A stretch of 63,061 nucleotides of DNA, filler included, from Octopus bimaculoides (GCF_001194135.2; 9 parts of 8 records of this genome joined end to end with filler, not necessarily neighbours in it), one strand, 5' to 3'. Positions 38,829 to 52,200 are shown, counted from the first letter of the whole stretch. Numbers and translations: made by a program. Notes: generated from the letters alone by a model not told the origin.

Positions 38829-38830
<2 letters not shown>
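38580..38830. mobile_element. Head-to-head inverted pair of family 2 hammerhead-bearing termini
   Basis: Symmetry centre near 38673 (GTGACACAAAA/TTTGTGTCAC). Degenerate hammerheads lie at 38621-38662 (-) and 38686-38725 (+), homologous to 36512-36580. Confidence 0.75.
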
Positions 38831-38880
<50 letters not shown>

Positions 38881-39058
38881 CACATGTAGCTCTTAGCTGA
38901 GTTAGAGGTTAAAATAACCATCTAAGGGATAGAAGTATCCATAACACTACTGGTATATTCACTATGTTTAACCATGGACATACATATGCAAGCATATTAT
39001 ACTCTTAAATTATAGGTAAAGACAAGGATAAACATGAGTTTATCAAGAATCAAAATTT

Positions 39059-39216
39059 AAAGAAGACAGAAAATGGAGAAATATCGACGAACAACAATTG
39101 ACTTACATCAATCATTATTTATTAATTCAATACAGTCTATTTGTATTGAATTAATGAATAATAATTGATGTAAGTCAATTGTTGTGCATCAGTATTTCTC
39201 TATTTACTGTCTTCTT

Positions 39217-39217
<1 letters not shown>
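39059..39217. repeat. AT-rich hairpin with ~76-bp arms and ~7-nt loop
   Basis: 39059-39134 is the reverse complement of 39142-39217 with about 9 mismatches. Confidence 0.85.
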
Positions 39218-39249
<32 letters not shown>

Positions 39250-39399
39250 ATGAAAGTAATTCTCCATGCTGGCATTTGAGTTTGTCGATAGAGCTCATCC
39301 AGATGTAGGAGCGAAGAACAGGTATGTTGATGCAAACACGAAAACTAGAACTCAGAATATGAGTATAAGTATATTACACATATTTTGAGATCTCTTTCA

Positions 39400-39504
39400 G
39401 GTTCTGTCCCATTGCATGGGCACTTCAACTTGTATCTTCTACTATAGCCACAGGTCAGCCAAAGCCTTGTGAGTGGATTTGGTAGATGGAAACTGAAAGG
39501 AGTC

Positions 39505-39541
<37 letters not shown>

Positions 39542-39715
39542 TATGTCTTTTTGTTTATGTTTGTCCCTCACCACCTCTTGATAAGTGATGTTGGTGTGTT
39601 TACATCCCCATAAACTGGTGGTCCAGCAAAAGAGACTGATAAAATGAGTACCACACTGTAAAAGGGAGAAAAATAAGTACTGGGGTCGATTCAGTTCACT
39701 GAAATTCTTCAAGGC
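39400..39715 (+). mobile_element. SINE family B, decayed
   Basis: CAAAGCCTTGTGAGTGGATTTGGTAGA..(TG)n..GCAAAAGAGACTGATAAAATGAGTAC. Confidence 0.8.
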
Positions 39716-39880
39716 ACACGCTGCACACCTTTTTCCCAAGCACTGCTGTAAACAGCAGAAGTGAGCTAGATTGTTAAAATTTATTGCACATGTACAGCAG
39801 TGTTCAAGGTCAATATTTGCCAAGCGGCTTTACTCTGCATGCTTTAGCTTCATTACTACAGCAATAGTCCGGATACTTAT
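39715..39880 (-). mobile_element. Solo mariner 5' end, same family as the 22.4-23.0 kb foldback arms
   Basis: AAGCACTGCTGTAAACAGC..AGTCCGGATAC is shared with 22880-23020. Confidence 0.8.
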
Positions 39881-40248
39881 TGATCAAACCATGTATATTT
39901 TACTAGATATCTCCCAACAAAAATATATGAGATGATATGTTAAGCGGGTAATGAGAGAGTCTTGCCTGTGTCTGTAGTAAGCTTTAAACTACACACTTCC
40001 CAAATGAACGACTTTATCACATACACATAGATATTGTACATATGTAAAGATGGATGGGTGGATGGATAGATTGATTGATTGATTGATTGATTAAATACAA
40101 TTATGCAAAGTGACAGAATACTGTTTCTAGAAAACCTGTCCAACACAAGCCAACAAAGAAAAAGCAGACATAAAAATAATGTTGGTGGCTGTGGTGGTTG
40201 TGGTGCTTGTCGTTATGATGGTAGTATTCATAAATGTTCATTTGTACC

Positions 40249-40287
<39 letters not shown>

Positions 40288-42149
40288 ATACGCAAATGCA
40301 TTATATACAGACAGGCAGTCAGACATACAGATGTGCATATACATGTCAGTATCTATGAGTGCACAGATATGTCAGTTTTCATTTAAGTGCTATACATGTG
40401 ACAGAAAAGTATCTACGTATTCACCGCCTCTCTCTCTCCCCACAAACCCACACACATTCCCATATATATATATCTATATATGTAGGAAGGTAGGTACGTA
40501 GGTCGGTAGTGTAGTTAACTCTCCTGATAGACAGATATACTAGTTTGTTGAAAGAGAATAGTTCTATCTTCAGTTTCTATACCATAAATTGATAAATTAC
40601 CTTATAACAAGACATATTTATTTTTCTATTTCAATTTTAACTACTTAATTACCTTGAAAATTTTAAAGAGAACCATGCACATATAGCACATATTCACATG
40701 CACACACACACACAAACACACACACACCAGCACACATGTTCATACACAATGCATACACATACACACACATACTATTTTTTCCTATTTATTTATGCTTATC
40801 TATATTTATGCATATATATATATATATANNNNNNNNNNNNNNNNNNNNNNNNNNNNNNNNNNNNNNNNNNNNNNNNNNNNNNNNNNNNNNNNNNNNNNNN
40901 NNNNNNNNNNNNNNNNNNNNNNNNNNNNNNNNNNNNNNNNNNNNNNNNNNNNNNNNNNNNNNNNNNNNNNNNNNNNNNNNNNNNNNNNNNNNNNNNNNNN
41001 NNNNNNNNNNNNNNNNNNNNNNNNNNNNNNNNNNNNNNNNNNNNNNNNNNNNNNNNNNNNNNNNNNNNNNNNNNNNNNNNNNNNNNNNNNNNNNNNNNNN
41101 NNNNNNNNNNNNNNNNNNNNNNNNNNNNNNNNNNNNNNNNNNNNNNNNNNNNNNNNNNNNNNNNNNNNNNNNNNNNNNNNNNNNNNNNNNNNNNNNNNAC
41201 ACTTTCTAGTGCACATAGATATATACATACATATATATATATATATAATAATACAAAGAATATATACATATATATATATATACATATACATATATATACA
41301 TATATACATATATATTTATTTTAAAACATATTTACATATAAATGTACGTACATAAATGCATAAAAATGTATTTAAATAAATGTGTATACATACACACACA
41401 TATACATACATACATACACACACAAACACGCACACATGCATATATAAGTATACTGTAAGCAATTGCCCTTCCCAAATTGCTTAAATATGCTTTTAACTTT
41501 CAATTTCCCATCAATTCATCATATAAAATTGAAGATGTCCCTTCCATTTATAAAATTTTATAAAAATCTAATTTCTATTGACAGCACCTAAGTAATTGCT
41601 AATTGTTGTAATTATCCCTTTGACAGAACAATCTACCATTTCTTATTGCTGTCCCCTTTAAAACGTGCATATCTTTCAATTACTGAGTGTAATTACGTGT
41701 TACGTATATATATATATGCATGCATTTTTGTACATGTATGTGTAACTACATACGCATACAATCTATGTATTATACATATCTATTCTGTGCATATTTCTGT
41801 GTATGTGTCTATATATATGTGTGTGTGTGTTATGTACATGTGTAGGTAAATGTGTATATGTTAACATAAATGGCAAATGTTAGATAAGCTAATCTTATAA
41901 AAATTCATGTCTGGAAGCCTGTTTCAATTTTCTGTTACCAGTATACTGCTTTTACTGATAGAACTCATGCCCTAGCAAAAAGCACAACCATTACAGCCTA
42001 TGTCTCCACTCCCTACCACTTCAAAATTGATAGGCTTTATCACTTGAGGTGAATATATGTTTGTTCCCAAATGACCCAATAATTAACACTATTAATTGCA
42101 TTAGTATATGGAATACATATCAGCTTGCATTACAAGTATGTGATTATTA

Positions 42150-43345
42150 CTCTGACCCTACTATGTGGTTTATTGGCAAAATGCTTTCTACATATGACTT
42201 TGACTGTCTTAATATCTTGTGCATGGAGTTTGTGAGATGGTAACTACATATGTGTGCATTTACAGCTCTCGTTTAGGATCTCCTTTACAGTGATGAATGC
42301 AAACCTGTAAACCATACGAAGGAAGACTCTTAATAGACTGCTTTTCAGTCATGCTTGATGAGTTACAATAGCTTGTATGAGGATCATAGTCATGCTACAA
42401 GAACCAAGCGAGCCATATAACCCACTGTCAATATACATAAAGGGTAAAAAGTGAGAAGCTATAGTTATGTTTATCTAACTTCGTTGAGCTCTGTCAAGAT
42501 TTACTAACTGCATCAGGATAGCTTGAATCAAGGTACTGGTTAGAATCAGATATCAAAGCAGCAATGAAAGTTGAGGTCTATCAAGCATCTCTTCACAGTT
42601 GTTGTATAGATGCAAAACCTGGACAACCCACCACAGGCATATTCAATGTGTTGAGTTGGTCCACCAGCGATGCTTGCATAATATCCTGAGGATCTCATGT
42701 GCTTATGTGAGATTATTGTTGTTGGTGAAAATGATGGATATCAAGTGCATGGTTATGAAGCACCAACTTAGATGGTCTCATTATCTTGTCTATTTAGAGG
42801 ACACCCATGTGCCAAAACAGGTGGTGTATGATGAACTAGAGTGAGGACAATGTTCACAGTGCAGTCCATACAAGTATTTCAAAGACGGCATTAAAGACAC
42901 ACTTCAAAAGATCAATATCAATACTATCACCTGAGAAGACCTTGCATTATATAAGGAGCTGTGAGGCAATCTGATTCTTACTGGTGTTAAAGAATTTTCA
43001 AACAACAGTGCTGTATACACTCAGTTGAAATGTTCTGGTAAGTATGTAAAAGGTTTGAGAAGGGTACAAAAGAATCTCTTTCATGTGACCAGTGTGGTTC
43101 TGTCTGCTTTTCTCAGTCTCAAAAATAGTCACAGAAACATCCTCATCTACCAATATGATATCCAGCATCGTTTCTCTTGCACTTTGTTTAACTATGTATA
43201 TAAGTCAACCAGTGGACTCATTTGGCATTATAAGTTCCAGCATCTGGATTTTCAGGATTTTGCTGCTACTGCTGGAAAACTTACTTGTAACCAATGTGGA
43301 ATGACTTGCAAGTTCCATGCAGACCTGAAGCGCCATATGAAATGA
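42150..43345 (+). pseudogene. RTE-BovB-like LINE 3' part with C-terminal C2H2 zinc fingers, decayed
   Basis: [55 protein letters not shown] and YFKDGIKDTL, followed by ZnF-like segments. Confidence 0.85.
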
Positions 43346-43439
43346 CGTGCTCTCTTACAAACACACACACATGCACACATATATATATTTATGTATGTGT
43401 ATGTATATCTATCTGTCTGTCTGTCTGCCTGTCTGTCTC

Positions 43440-43625
43440 TTTGGGGAGATCTTGATAAAGCTGCTCATTGGTTAAATAACTTTCAGAGCCATTCTTAACA
43501 TACTTGTGTAGAAGCCATCTTTGTTTTTCAAGCTTTTTGGTGAGGTTTCAAGTTTTCGCACCGTAAAGCAAAACTGACTCTACTGTGGACACAAACAACC
43601 TAATTTTCAAAGAACAACTAGAATA
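43440..43625 (-). mobile_element. RTE-X-like LINE fragment
   Basis: LKIRLFVSTVESVLLYGAKT*NLTKKLEK..YTSMLRMAL..LTNEQLYQDLP. Confidence 0.8.
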
Positions 43626-44770
43626 TGTGGGGCAAGCCTCATAAAGGTTGCAACTAGCAAAAGACATATCGTCTGATTTTGCTGGTTTAACAAACCCTTT
43701 TATTGATAGCATGAGTATAGCATCCCCATAGAAGTTTCCTTATTGTTTCATAATATTTTTAGATATATCATAATGAAATTATTACATTATAGAATTTACA
43801 ATAAAAGAAAAAGAAGAATCCTAATTTGTGTAGTCAATTTCAAATACTATTAAAAATCTAGCTAAATTTATTAATTTAAATAGTGATTCATTATAATTTT
43901 TTTTTTATTTAATAATTTTTCATTTCTTTTTTTTATTCCAAAGTAAGTCTTCCTGCATTACCAATTTTTAATGAATCATCAATCAATTTCTTTGGAATTG
44001 GAATTTTATTTGAAATGAATTTGTACCAGCTTATTTCATTTTATTTTATCTACTAATTTTTTTTTCTATGAAAGCACAAAAAGAGAAATACCACAGAAAC
44101 AAAGAATTTTAATCAAATCTGGAATTATTCTGGTTTTACCAGGTTTTGTAGAGCAAGAGAGTCTATAGGCTGGTTTACATTTCTGTTTGAAGTTGATAAA
44201 GTTCTGGAGGAAGACTTGCATGTCTCATACCATATGTGGAAGTTGTTTATAGATCAGTAGATTTTGCTATTTGAATGTTGTGTAACCTATAATGTACACA
44301 TTACAGTGCTATGGTTTGTTCTAGACATGTCTTTTTATGTAACGAGTTTTCTGTTGTGACATGTTTTTTTATTGTAGCATAATTCTTAACTGAATGTGGC
44401 ATATTTTTTTACTGTGATATGTCCTATTATTATTACATGTGCTTTGATTTGACATTCTTTTGTTTAAATAAATCATTGAGACTTGCACGACCATGCTGTG
44501 ATATTTTTTGTGGTTGTGAGATGTTTTTGTAAAGTAGTCATAGACTGTGACATGGTGGTGTATGTAGTACAGCAACAAAGAAACAGCTGCTTAGGTAGGC
44601 TTACATATACATACATACTTATATATATATGTTTTATATATATATATGTTTTATATATATGTGTATATATNNNNNNNNNNNNNNNNNNNNNNNNNNNNNN
44701 NNNNNNNNNNNNNNTTAATTAATTAANNNNNNNNNNNNNNNNNNNNNNNNNNNNNNNNNNNNNNNNNNNN

Positions 44771-45345
44771 ATAAACACCATCCTGAAGCTGTGATTGAAG
44801 GAGAAAATGTGTCGATTCTTTGGGACTTCCCCGTACATACCGACAAAAGTATAAAAGCTAATAAACCGGATATTATTATAAAAGATCAGACAAAAAAGAT
44901 GTGTTTATTAATTGACATAAGTATTCCTTGCGATCACAATATAGCGGCGAAAGAATTTGACAAGATCAGTAAATATAAAGACTTGCTAATAAAAATTGAA
45001 AAAATTGGCATTTCAAGGCGACTACCGTACAAGTGATTGTAGGATCTCTAGGAATGATAAAAAAAAAGGTACTGAAGCCTATTTGAAAATGATTCCAGGC
45101 CTACAGGAAGTGCAAAAAATCGTGTTAACTGGAACGACTCATGTACTGAGAAGAGCATTATCGCTGTGAAAACAACATCCATTCATGAATTTATCTATTT
45201 ATTTATTTTTTTAAATACATATTTTACCTGTGATTTTGCGTGTGTAAACTGGGAATGCATACAATGAGCTTCTCTGCCCTAGGTGTACGGAAATCACTCG
45301 ACGAGAAATGGAAGAAAATTTGAAGAAAGAAGAAAAAGAACAACA
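44771..45345 (+). mobile_element. R4/Dong-like non-LTR retrotransposon 3' end (restriction-like endonuclease domain plus 3' UTR)
   Basis: ILWDFPVHTDKSIKANKPDIII..LIDISIPCD..KEFDKISKYKDL, one frameshift, stop at 45167-45169. The UTR runs into (CAA)n(TAA)n. Confidence 0.9.
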
Positions 45346-45359
45346 ACAACAACAACAAC

Positions 45360-45397
<38 letters not shown>

Positions 45398-45398
<1 letters not shown>

Positions 45399-45623
45399 GA
45401 TATAGCGTCAAAGTTAAAAGAAGAGTGCCATTGTCATTTAGTGAACGATATTTCGACATCTCGTGTCTTCAACAAGTTCAGAAAATAATTTTGTCAATCT
45501 ACTTCATTTTGGTTAATATAGAAAGGATTTAGGTAACTCCTCCAGAAGATATAGAGTCAAAATTAAAAGAAGAGTGCCACTCTTCTTTTAATTTTGACTC
45601 TATATCTTCAGGAGGAGTTACCT
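45398..45623 (-). mobile_element. Penelope-type terminus: partial tandem repeat with inverted end and a degenerate hammerhead (family 5)
   Basis: AAGATATAG.GTCAAA.TTAAAAGAAGAGTGCCA occurs twice. There is a 45-bp-arm hairpin at 45531-45623 and a hammerhead-like fold at 45442-45480. Confidence 0.7.
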
Positions 45624-45635
45624 CAATTCTTTATA

Positions 45636-45848
<213 letters not shown>

Positions 45849-45897
45849 CATCGAAATATACCTTAGGAATGAGAACCCAGGTTCAAAATTTCCCCAA

Positions 45898-45943
45898 GAT
45901 ACCTGATGAAGGCTGGAGGGTATATCAACCGAAACGTTGTGTT
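45898..45943 (+). ncRNA. Minimal type I hammerhead motif (family 3)
   Basis: GAUAC-CUGAUGA-A-GGCUG(GAGGGUAUAU)CAACC-GAAA-CGUU-GUGUU: canonical core, palindromic AACGUU stem III and one mismatch in stem II. Confidence 0.75.
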
Positions 45944-46189
45944 AACAACAAACAAGATGAGGACAAATATCCATCAAAAGTAAATAATGTAAATAATGAA
46001 TTAAAAACTGAATGAACGAAGAAATGAGAGGTGAGAAGGAAGTATATAGAGAAAAGTAGAAAGTTAAAAAACTGGAAAACGAAAAAGCAATCCGAAAGAA
46101 ACCGACAAGTGTGTGTGTTGTGTGTGTATGTATGGGGGGGGGGACAATGTACGCGTGCATATATGTGTGTGCATGTGTGTATGTATATG

Positions 46190-46652
46190 ACTGTGTGGTA
46201 AGAAGTTTGCTATCTATCGTCACGGTTGTGGATTCAGTCTCACTGCTTGACACTTAATGTGTCGTCTGCTGTAGCGTCGTGGATACCCTGTGAGTGAATT
46301 TGGTAGACGGCGACTGGAAGAAACCCGTCGTATATATATATATAATTATACTATATGTTACATATCATATTTCACCGTGATACTGTGTGGACTAAGATCC
46401 CCGTTGACAAGACGCTGGTATTTATAGTGTTAAACACTTTCGGTATGCAAATTAGGGACTCCTTCATACAGTAACTGCTGTATTTGTTGAGTATATAAAC
46501 AGTTTGGCTGCTTGTTTCTCTGGGGACTGTGACAATGATGTGGACGCCGCTGATGAGAATTCAGTAAGGCTTGAAAATCGATGAAAGTTCATTTTTTTTC
46601 AGTCTGCTTAGAAATGGTTAAAATTTACCCTGTTTATAGTTATACCATATGT

Positions 46653-46691
<39 letters not shown>

Positions 46692-47040
46692 GTGTGTGCG
46701 TGCAATTCTCTCTGTGTTTGTCCACCACAACCACTTGACAACAGGTATTGGTTTGCTTACACCACCATTCGGCAAAATATATCTGCTAGAATAAGTGCCA
46801 AGTTGATAAAAAAAAGTACTGGAGTTCATTCGTTCCACAAAAATTTGAAGGATGTGGCCGCAGTCTAATGACTGAAACAAGTAAAATAGAACACACAACA
46901 CACACATACACATACACACACACACGCGCATACATGTACAGGCGTGGATAGATACTTCAAGCAAGTGTCCTCTATTTTAGCCCAGGGCCGACCAAATTCC
47001 TGTGAATAGATTTGGTAGATAGAAACCGAAAGAAGCCCGA
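46190..47040 (+). mobile_element. Cluster of SINE family B fragments
   Basis: Head at 46190-46330, tail at 46700-46890 and partial head at 46960-47040. Confidence 0.75.
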
Positions 47041-47149
47041 TATATGTGTGTGTGTATGTATGCGTGTATGTATGTATGTATGTGTATGTCTGTATATAAG
47101 TATGTATGTAAGTATATAAGGATGTATGTATGTCTGTCTGTCTTTTCTG

Positions 47150-47805
47150 TATTTAGTCGTTTAAATTATTCCTCTGAGGAGGGAACTGGTTTCTAACAAA
47201 GATACAAAGCTCCATCTTTGGAATGTAGATAACGAAAACAATGTCACATTTCAAATCTGGGAAAAGTCTTGTATAGTTTTACTGTTCGGCTTTACAGATT
47301 GTATTTGTAATGTGTGAGTTGGTTTGTTGATGTCTTTTTCTGAAAACCCAAGCTTATCCAGACTGACAGTTTGGCATTTACTTACAAAATCAAGTGTTCC
47401 AATTAATCATTGGTAAATTTGTGACCTGGATATAGATCACATATAGAAGCTGAAGGTTTCGAAGCAGTTGTCCATAATTATCTTCCTTCTCTTTGATTTC
47501 CAAAGAGGTATTCACATCAGCAGGACCGCTGACCTTTATGACGGTACATGCCTTTTCTTGTCTGTCCCACAATATCCGGCCTATTATGCTTACGCTTGAC
47601 AGATGTTTTGATGAGAATGTTCGACCAGTATTCCTTGTGCTGATATATGTCTACGTATTCAATAACAGGAAGATTCTCTATATTTATTCCAGGACATTCT
47701 TTTACCTGAATGGCATTGTATACAGACAGACATACAGATAAATAGATGGACAGACAGGCAGATAAATAGACAGACAGACAGATAGATAAATAGATAGACA
47801 GACAA

Positions 47806-47846
<41 letters not shown>

Positions 47847-48880
47847 CCACCCCCATCAACACTTTACACATTGATACATAGAGCGGTAGTATCTTGGTGA
47901 CATTTTTGGGCAGCTGCTAATCACATGTGTGATGTCTTCCACAGAAATATGACATAATCTACATTTTCGGTTGCAACTTGGAACTCCAATGGCTTCACTG
48001 TGTCTTTTGTTGATTAGGTATTTAGTAGCAATCTCCTGTTCTTGAATTGAAAATGCATAGCCTTCAAAGTGTCATGTGATGTAGCGGGGCTTTGCTTCAT
48101 GTCAGTATTACTATCTTCTTCAAGTCAATGAGAAACATACCCATGCATGGTCTTTTATTTTGGTATGCTGAGCATTTCACCTCCAGGTCTTCTTTGTGGT
48201 ATGCTCGTCTGGCTGATTTGGGATTGTATGGGAGGTCAACAGAAAGATAGTACTTCTTGAGGAGCTCACTTCTAACTCATAGGGTATTGTTTTCTTCACT
48301 TTTACAGCACTAAGTTAATGTATTTTTGCTGCTGTTGTTTTGTAAGTGCTGTGTGAGAGAGAGAGACTATGCGACATTCAAAGGCTGTCTGCACTGATCT
48401 CAAGACCCTACCACCAAATTCTCATCTGTTGATATCATTATTATTATTATTATTATTATTATTTTTTGAGATTTCCAGTTGGTATTAGAATCTTGTGGGT
48501 TTTGATGTCTCTGGAGCGGATTTCTTCTACAGACTAGTCAAGTATCCCAAATATTGTAGTCAGCACTGGTCCTGAAAATGCATTGTGGGATATTGTCTTG
48601 TAGTAAGAGGAGAGTTCAGACTGCCATATTTGACTTAATCTGGTTTAATATTCTTGGGTCAATCTACCTTTATTCACGGTACATTGCTATGATATATTTT
48701 CATAAAATGCCAAGGTATTTGTAGCATTCTTTGTGTGAGACAGGAGAGATAGTGAGACCATTGATGCTGACATTTGCTAATGCACCATTTCTTTTTATCA
48801 ATAATAGAGTCATTTTTGACAACACGGGTTTGCTAGTAAGTAACATGCTTTTTGTGAACAGAAGTGAGTATGCAAATCCT
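47150..48880 (-). pseudogene. R4/Dong-like LINE, post-RT region, CCHC finger and endonuclease, interrupted by (GATA)n and (ATT)n
   Basis: CYKYLGI, GGRVLRSVQTAFECRIVSL, MHGY, SHFEGYAFSIQEQEIATKYL, CRLCHISVEDITHVISSCP and NRPDIV-WDRQEK..KEKEDNYG. Stop at 47244-47246. Confidence 0.9.
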
Positions 48881-48944
48881 AGTGAGGGGGTAATAAACTT
48901 TGAAACTAGCCAAATAAATCCCCATTTCCTGGTCACGAGAGAAG

Positions 48945-49000
<56 letters not shown>

Positions 49001-49014
49001 CTGTNNNNNNNNNN

Positions 49015-49069
<55 letters not shown>

Positions 49070-49860
49070 CTGTGGTTTAAGTACTTTGTTTACTCTTTAC
49101 AAAGTTAAATTGCTTGTTTTTTATTCTGAACACCCACTCACAAGGGTTACGTTACATTTTTACTTATCCGAAGCTGCTACATACTACTTCTGTAAATTGA
49201 TGTATGTATGTATGTATGTATGTATGTATGTATGTATGTATGTGTGTGTGTATGTGAGTGTATCTATACATGTACATATGTATGTATGTATGTATGTGTG
49301 TGTGTGTGTGTGTNNNNNNNNNNNNNNNNNNNNNNNNNNNNNNNNNNNNNNNNNNNNNNNNNNNNNNNNNNNNNNNNNNNNNNNNNNNNNNNNNNNNNNN
49401 NNNNNNNNNNNNNNNNNNNNNNNNNNNNNNNNNNNNNNNNNNNNNNNNNNNNNNNNNNNNNNNNNNNNNNNNNNNNNNNNNNNNNNNNNNNNNNNNNNNN
49501 NNNNNNNNNNNNNNNNNNNNNNNNNNNNNNNNNNNNNNNNNNNNNNNNNNNNNNNNNNNNNNNNNNNNNNNNNNNNNNNNNNNNNNNNNNNNNNNNNNNN
49601 NNNNNNNNNNNNNNNNNNNNNNNNNNNNNNNNNNNNNNNNNNNNNNNNNNNNNNNNNNNNNNNNNNNNNNNNNNNNNNNNNNNNNNNNNNNNNNNNNNNN
49701 NNNNNNNGATAAACAAAAGGAAGAAAAAATTCTAAACAAAAAATAAAAAAACCCCAAAAAACAAACAAACAAACCAGGAGAGGAAACCAAAATTATTTCG
49801 TTGCTCTTTCGCCATTTGAAAATAAAAGGAGACTGTTTTGTTAGAAAAGAAAGTATTTCA

Positions 49861-50072
49861 GGCGGCGAGCTGGCAGAATGGTTAGCACACCGGGCGAAAT
49901 GCTTAGTGGTAGTTCGTCTGTCTTTACGTTCTGAGTTCAAATTCGGTCGAGGTCGACTTTGCCTTTCCTCCTTTCGGGAGTCGATAAATTAAGTACCAGT
50001 TGCGTACTGGGGTCGATCTAATCGACTGGCCCTCTCACCTAAAATTTCGGGATTTGTGCCTAGAGTAGAAAA
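49861..50072 (+). mobile_element. SINE family A, full length, CpGs intact
   Basis: GGCGGCGAGCTGGCAGAATGGTTAGC head followed by the complete core. Confidence 0.92.
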
Positions 50073-50414
50073 GAAAGGAAATTATTTTATGTTATTTTCT
50101 TACAATGAATTACGCTAAAGCTGAAAGACAGGCGAAAAAAAAAGAAAAAGATCTTTTAGAAACAAAACCGTTGAATCCTAAGACGTTTTACACAAGATTT
50201 CGCAAAGCTGCTTCTTTGTTTCATCGTAGCTATTATTCACCAGTTGACTAAATGAAATACTTCTACCAAGTTATTCGCCAGACGACAACAGGTTAATTCA
50301 ATTTATTTAAAAATTTGGTTTTGCCTTCGATTCTGTGTGTGTGTGTATGTATGTTTTATAAATATGTACGTATATGTATATATGTATGTATGAATGTGTG
50401 AGCGTGTGTGCGTT

Positions 50415-50453
<39 letters not shown>

Positions 50454-50553
50454 NNNNNNNNNNNNNNNNNNNNNNNNNNNNNNNNNNNNNNNNNNNNTTA
50501 ATTAATTAANNNNNNNNNNNNNNNNNNNNNNNNNNNNNNNNNNNNNNNNNNNN

Positions 50554-50599
<46 letters not shown>

Positions 50600-50619
50600 T
50601 ATATATGTGTGTGTGTGGG

Positions 50620-50830
50620 TGTGTGTGTGTGTGTGTCTGTGTTTTTCCGCCCAACATCGCTTGACAGCCGATGCTGGTGTGTTTACCTCTCCGTAACTTA
50701 GCGGTTCGGCAAAAGGATACGATAGAATCAGTCTTAGGCTTACAAAGAAGAAGTCCTGAGGTCCATTTGCTCGACTAAAGGCAGTGCTCCAACATGACCA
50801 CAGTCAAATGACTGAAACAAGTAAAAGAGT
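50620..50830 (+). mobile_element. SINE family B 3' half
   Basis: CCAACATCGCTTGACA..GTAACTTAGCGGTTCGGCAAAA..GACTGAAACAAGTAAAAG. Confidence 0.88.
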
Positions 50831-51429
50831 AATAACGTAAAAAGAGAGAATGTATGTGTATATGTATGTATGTGTGCTTGCATGTTTGCATGTGTATGTG
50901 TGTGTGTGTGTGTGTGTGTATGTACGTCCATCTGTGCGTGTGTGGGTGTGTCTTTACTTGTGCGTAAATATTGAGAAGTGAAGAATTAAAACGCAAAATA
51001 TTAAAAAACTCAAAGTCTACTGCCTTGTAAGCTGTTCCAAATATATGAATATATTTAGCTTCAAATTTACTTCGTATTTACATTCTTATCTGCATGAGCA
51101 TTAACATACTTATTTATATTCTTATTAACATTCTCATTACCATTCTGATTTTTGAGCCCCTAAAGGTAACTCATACATTTAAAGACGTACGAATATTGTT
51201 ACGGAAATATTGTTACCATTTATAACTGAGAAATTTCTAATTAAATCGTTTATTATTCTTATCGAAAATGTTGCAGACACTTGTTTTATCGTTCCCCGGG
51301 GAATGAAAGCAAAAGACAATAAGATTTGAATGTAGACTGATTAAACTATTTTTTTTCCCATGTTTTTTGGTGTTTGTTTTAATATGTCATCATCTTATTG
51401 CATATAACTTTGAGCACTTGTATGCATTC

Positions 51430-51900
51430 AATTGTGACATATAAGGCGTGTGTTACATAATACATTGTATTGTTCATCATAGCATTCGTTATGTTTTTTT
51501 TACTTGCTTCATGTCCTTGAGCTGCGACCTGGAGCACTACGAGATAATACACTGGCACTCTTTTTGTTTGTCGTACTTTGGTCTATACCCTCACCGTGTT
51601 TTAACTCATCACTGCACAAAAGAAATGCGGGAAGGGCTGACATGTGACGCTGACTGGTCTGTACTTTGCTGACATCTTTACTTTTTCATCGGACGAAATC
51701 ACGAATGTGCAGACCCTCATGTTGTGATTAAAAACTGAGTGCAACAAAGTTAAGTCGTGTTTCATTTTAATCTCAAGAAAGTGAAACAAGTGGTATACAA
51801 CATAGCAGTGTATCAGCGGATAAAGACCACTGAAGGAAACTTGTTCTATAGAATACATAATAAAAATGCTTCAAGATCCTCGAATCCTTATGGTGCGATA
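51430..51900 (-). mobile_element. Highly decayed CR1/L2/Jockey-type RT remnant
   Basis: KYRPVSVTC (cf. NYRPVSLT), followed at the expected distance by AQGHEASKKNITN (cf. QHGF..KS..TN). Weak. Confidence 0.4.
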
Positions 51901-51974
51901 AGAAAAGGTGATACTTGTGAACAAAAGCCTTGTTTGGAAAGTGCTCACTGATACACACTGATACAACGAATATA

Positions 51975-52200
51975 TATATAAACCTGTAATCTCGCCAAAG
52001 AACTCAAGAGAAGAATCTTAGAATTAATCGAGACAGATGACCTTCAGCTGCCGCGTCGATGCAGAAATTGACCAATGAGCAACCGTACGGCAATCTACCA
52101 CTTTAGTTGATGAACGAGAGAAATTTACACAGCCTTACGCAAGCACATCCAGGACTCTGATGGAGAATGGTGTTGCGATTGCTGAGGGACTTAAGATACT
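51975..52200 (+). mobile_element. Decayed RTE-X-like fragment
   Basis: NLAKELKRRI and KLTNEQPYGNLP match the region seen at 30.5 and 43.5 kb. Confidence 0.55.

Noticed and set aside
39290-39325. Possible 30-nt micro-exon ending at gtatgt
   Set aside because: The acceptor is weak and the segment is too short to support without transcripts.
41946-42052. Open 107-nt segment between ag and gtgaat
   Set aside because: No recognisable protein, a weak donor, and it abuts a decayed RTE element.
46550-46576. CTGATGA...GAAA on the plus strand
   Set aside because: The intervening sequence does not form stem II and the flanks do not pair.
51448-51672. Cys/His-rich hydrophobic ORF
   Set aside because: No splice context or domain pattern. 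The opposite strand is better explained as a LINE RT remnant.
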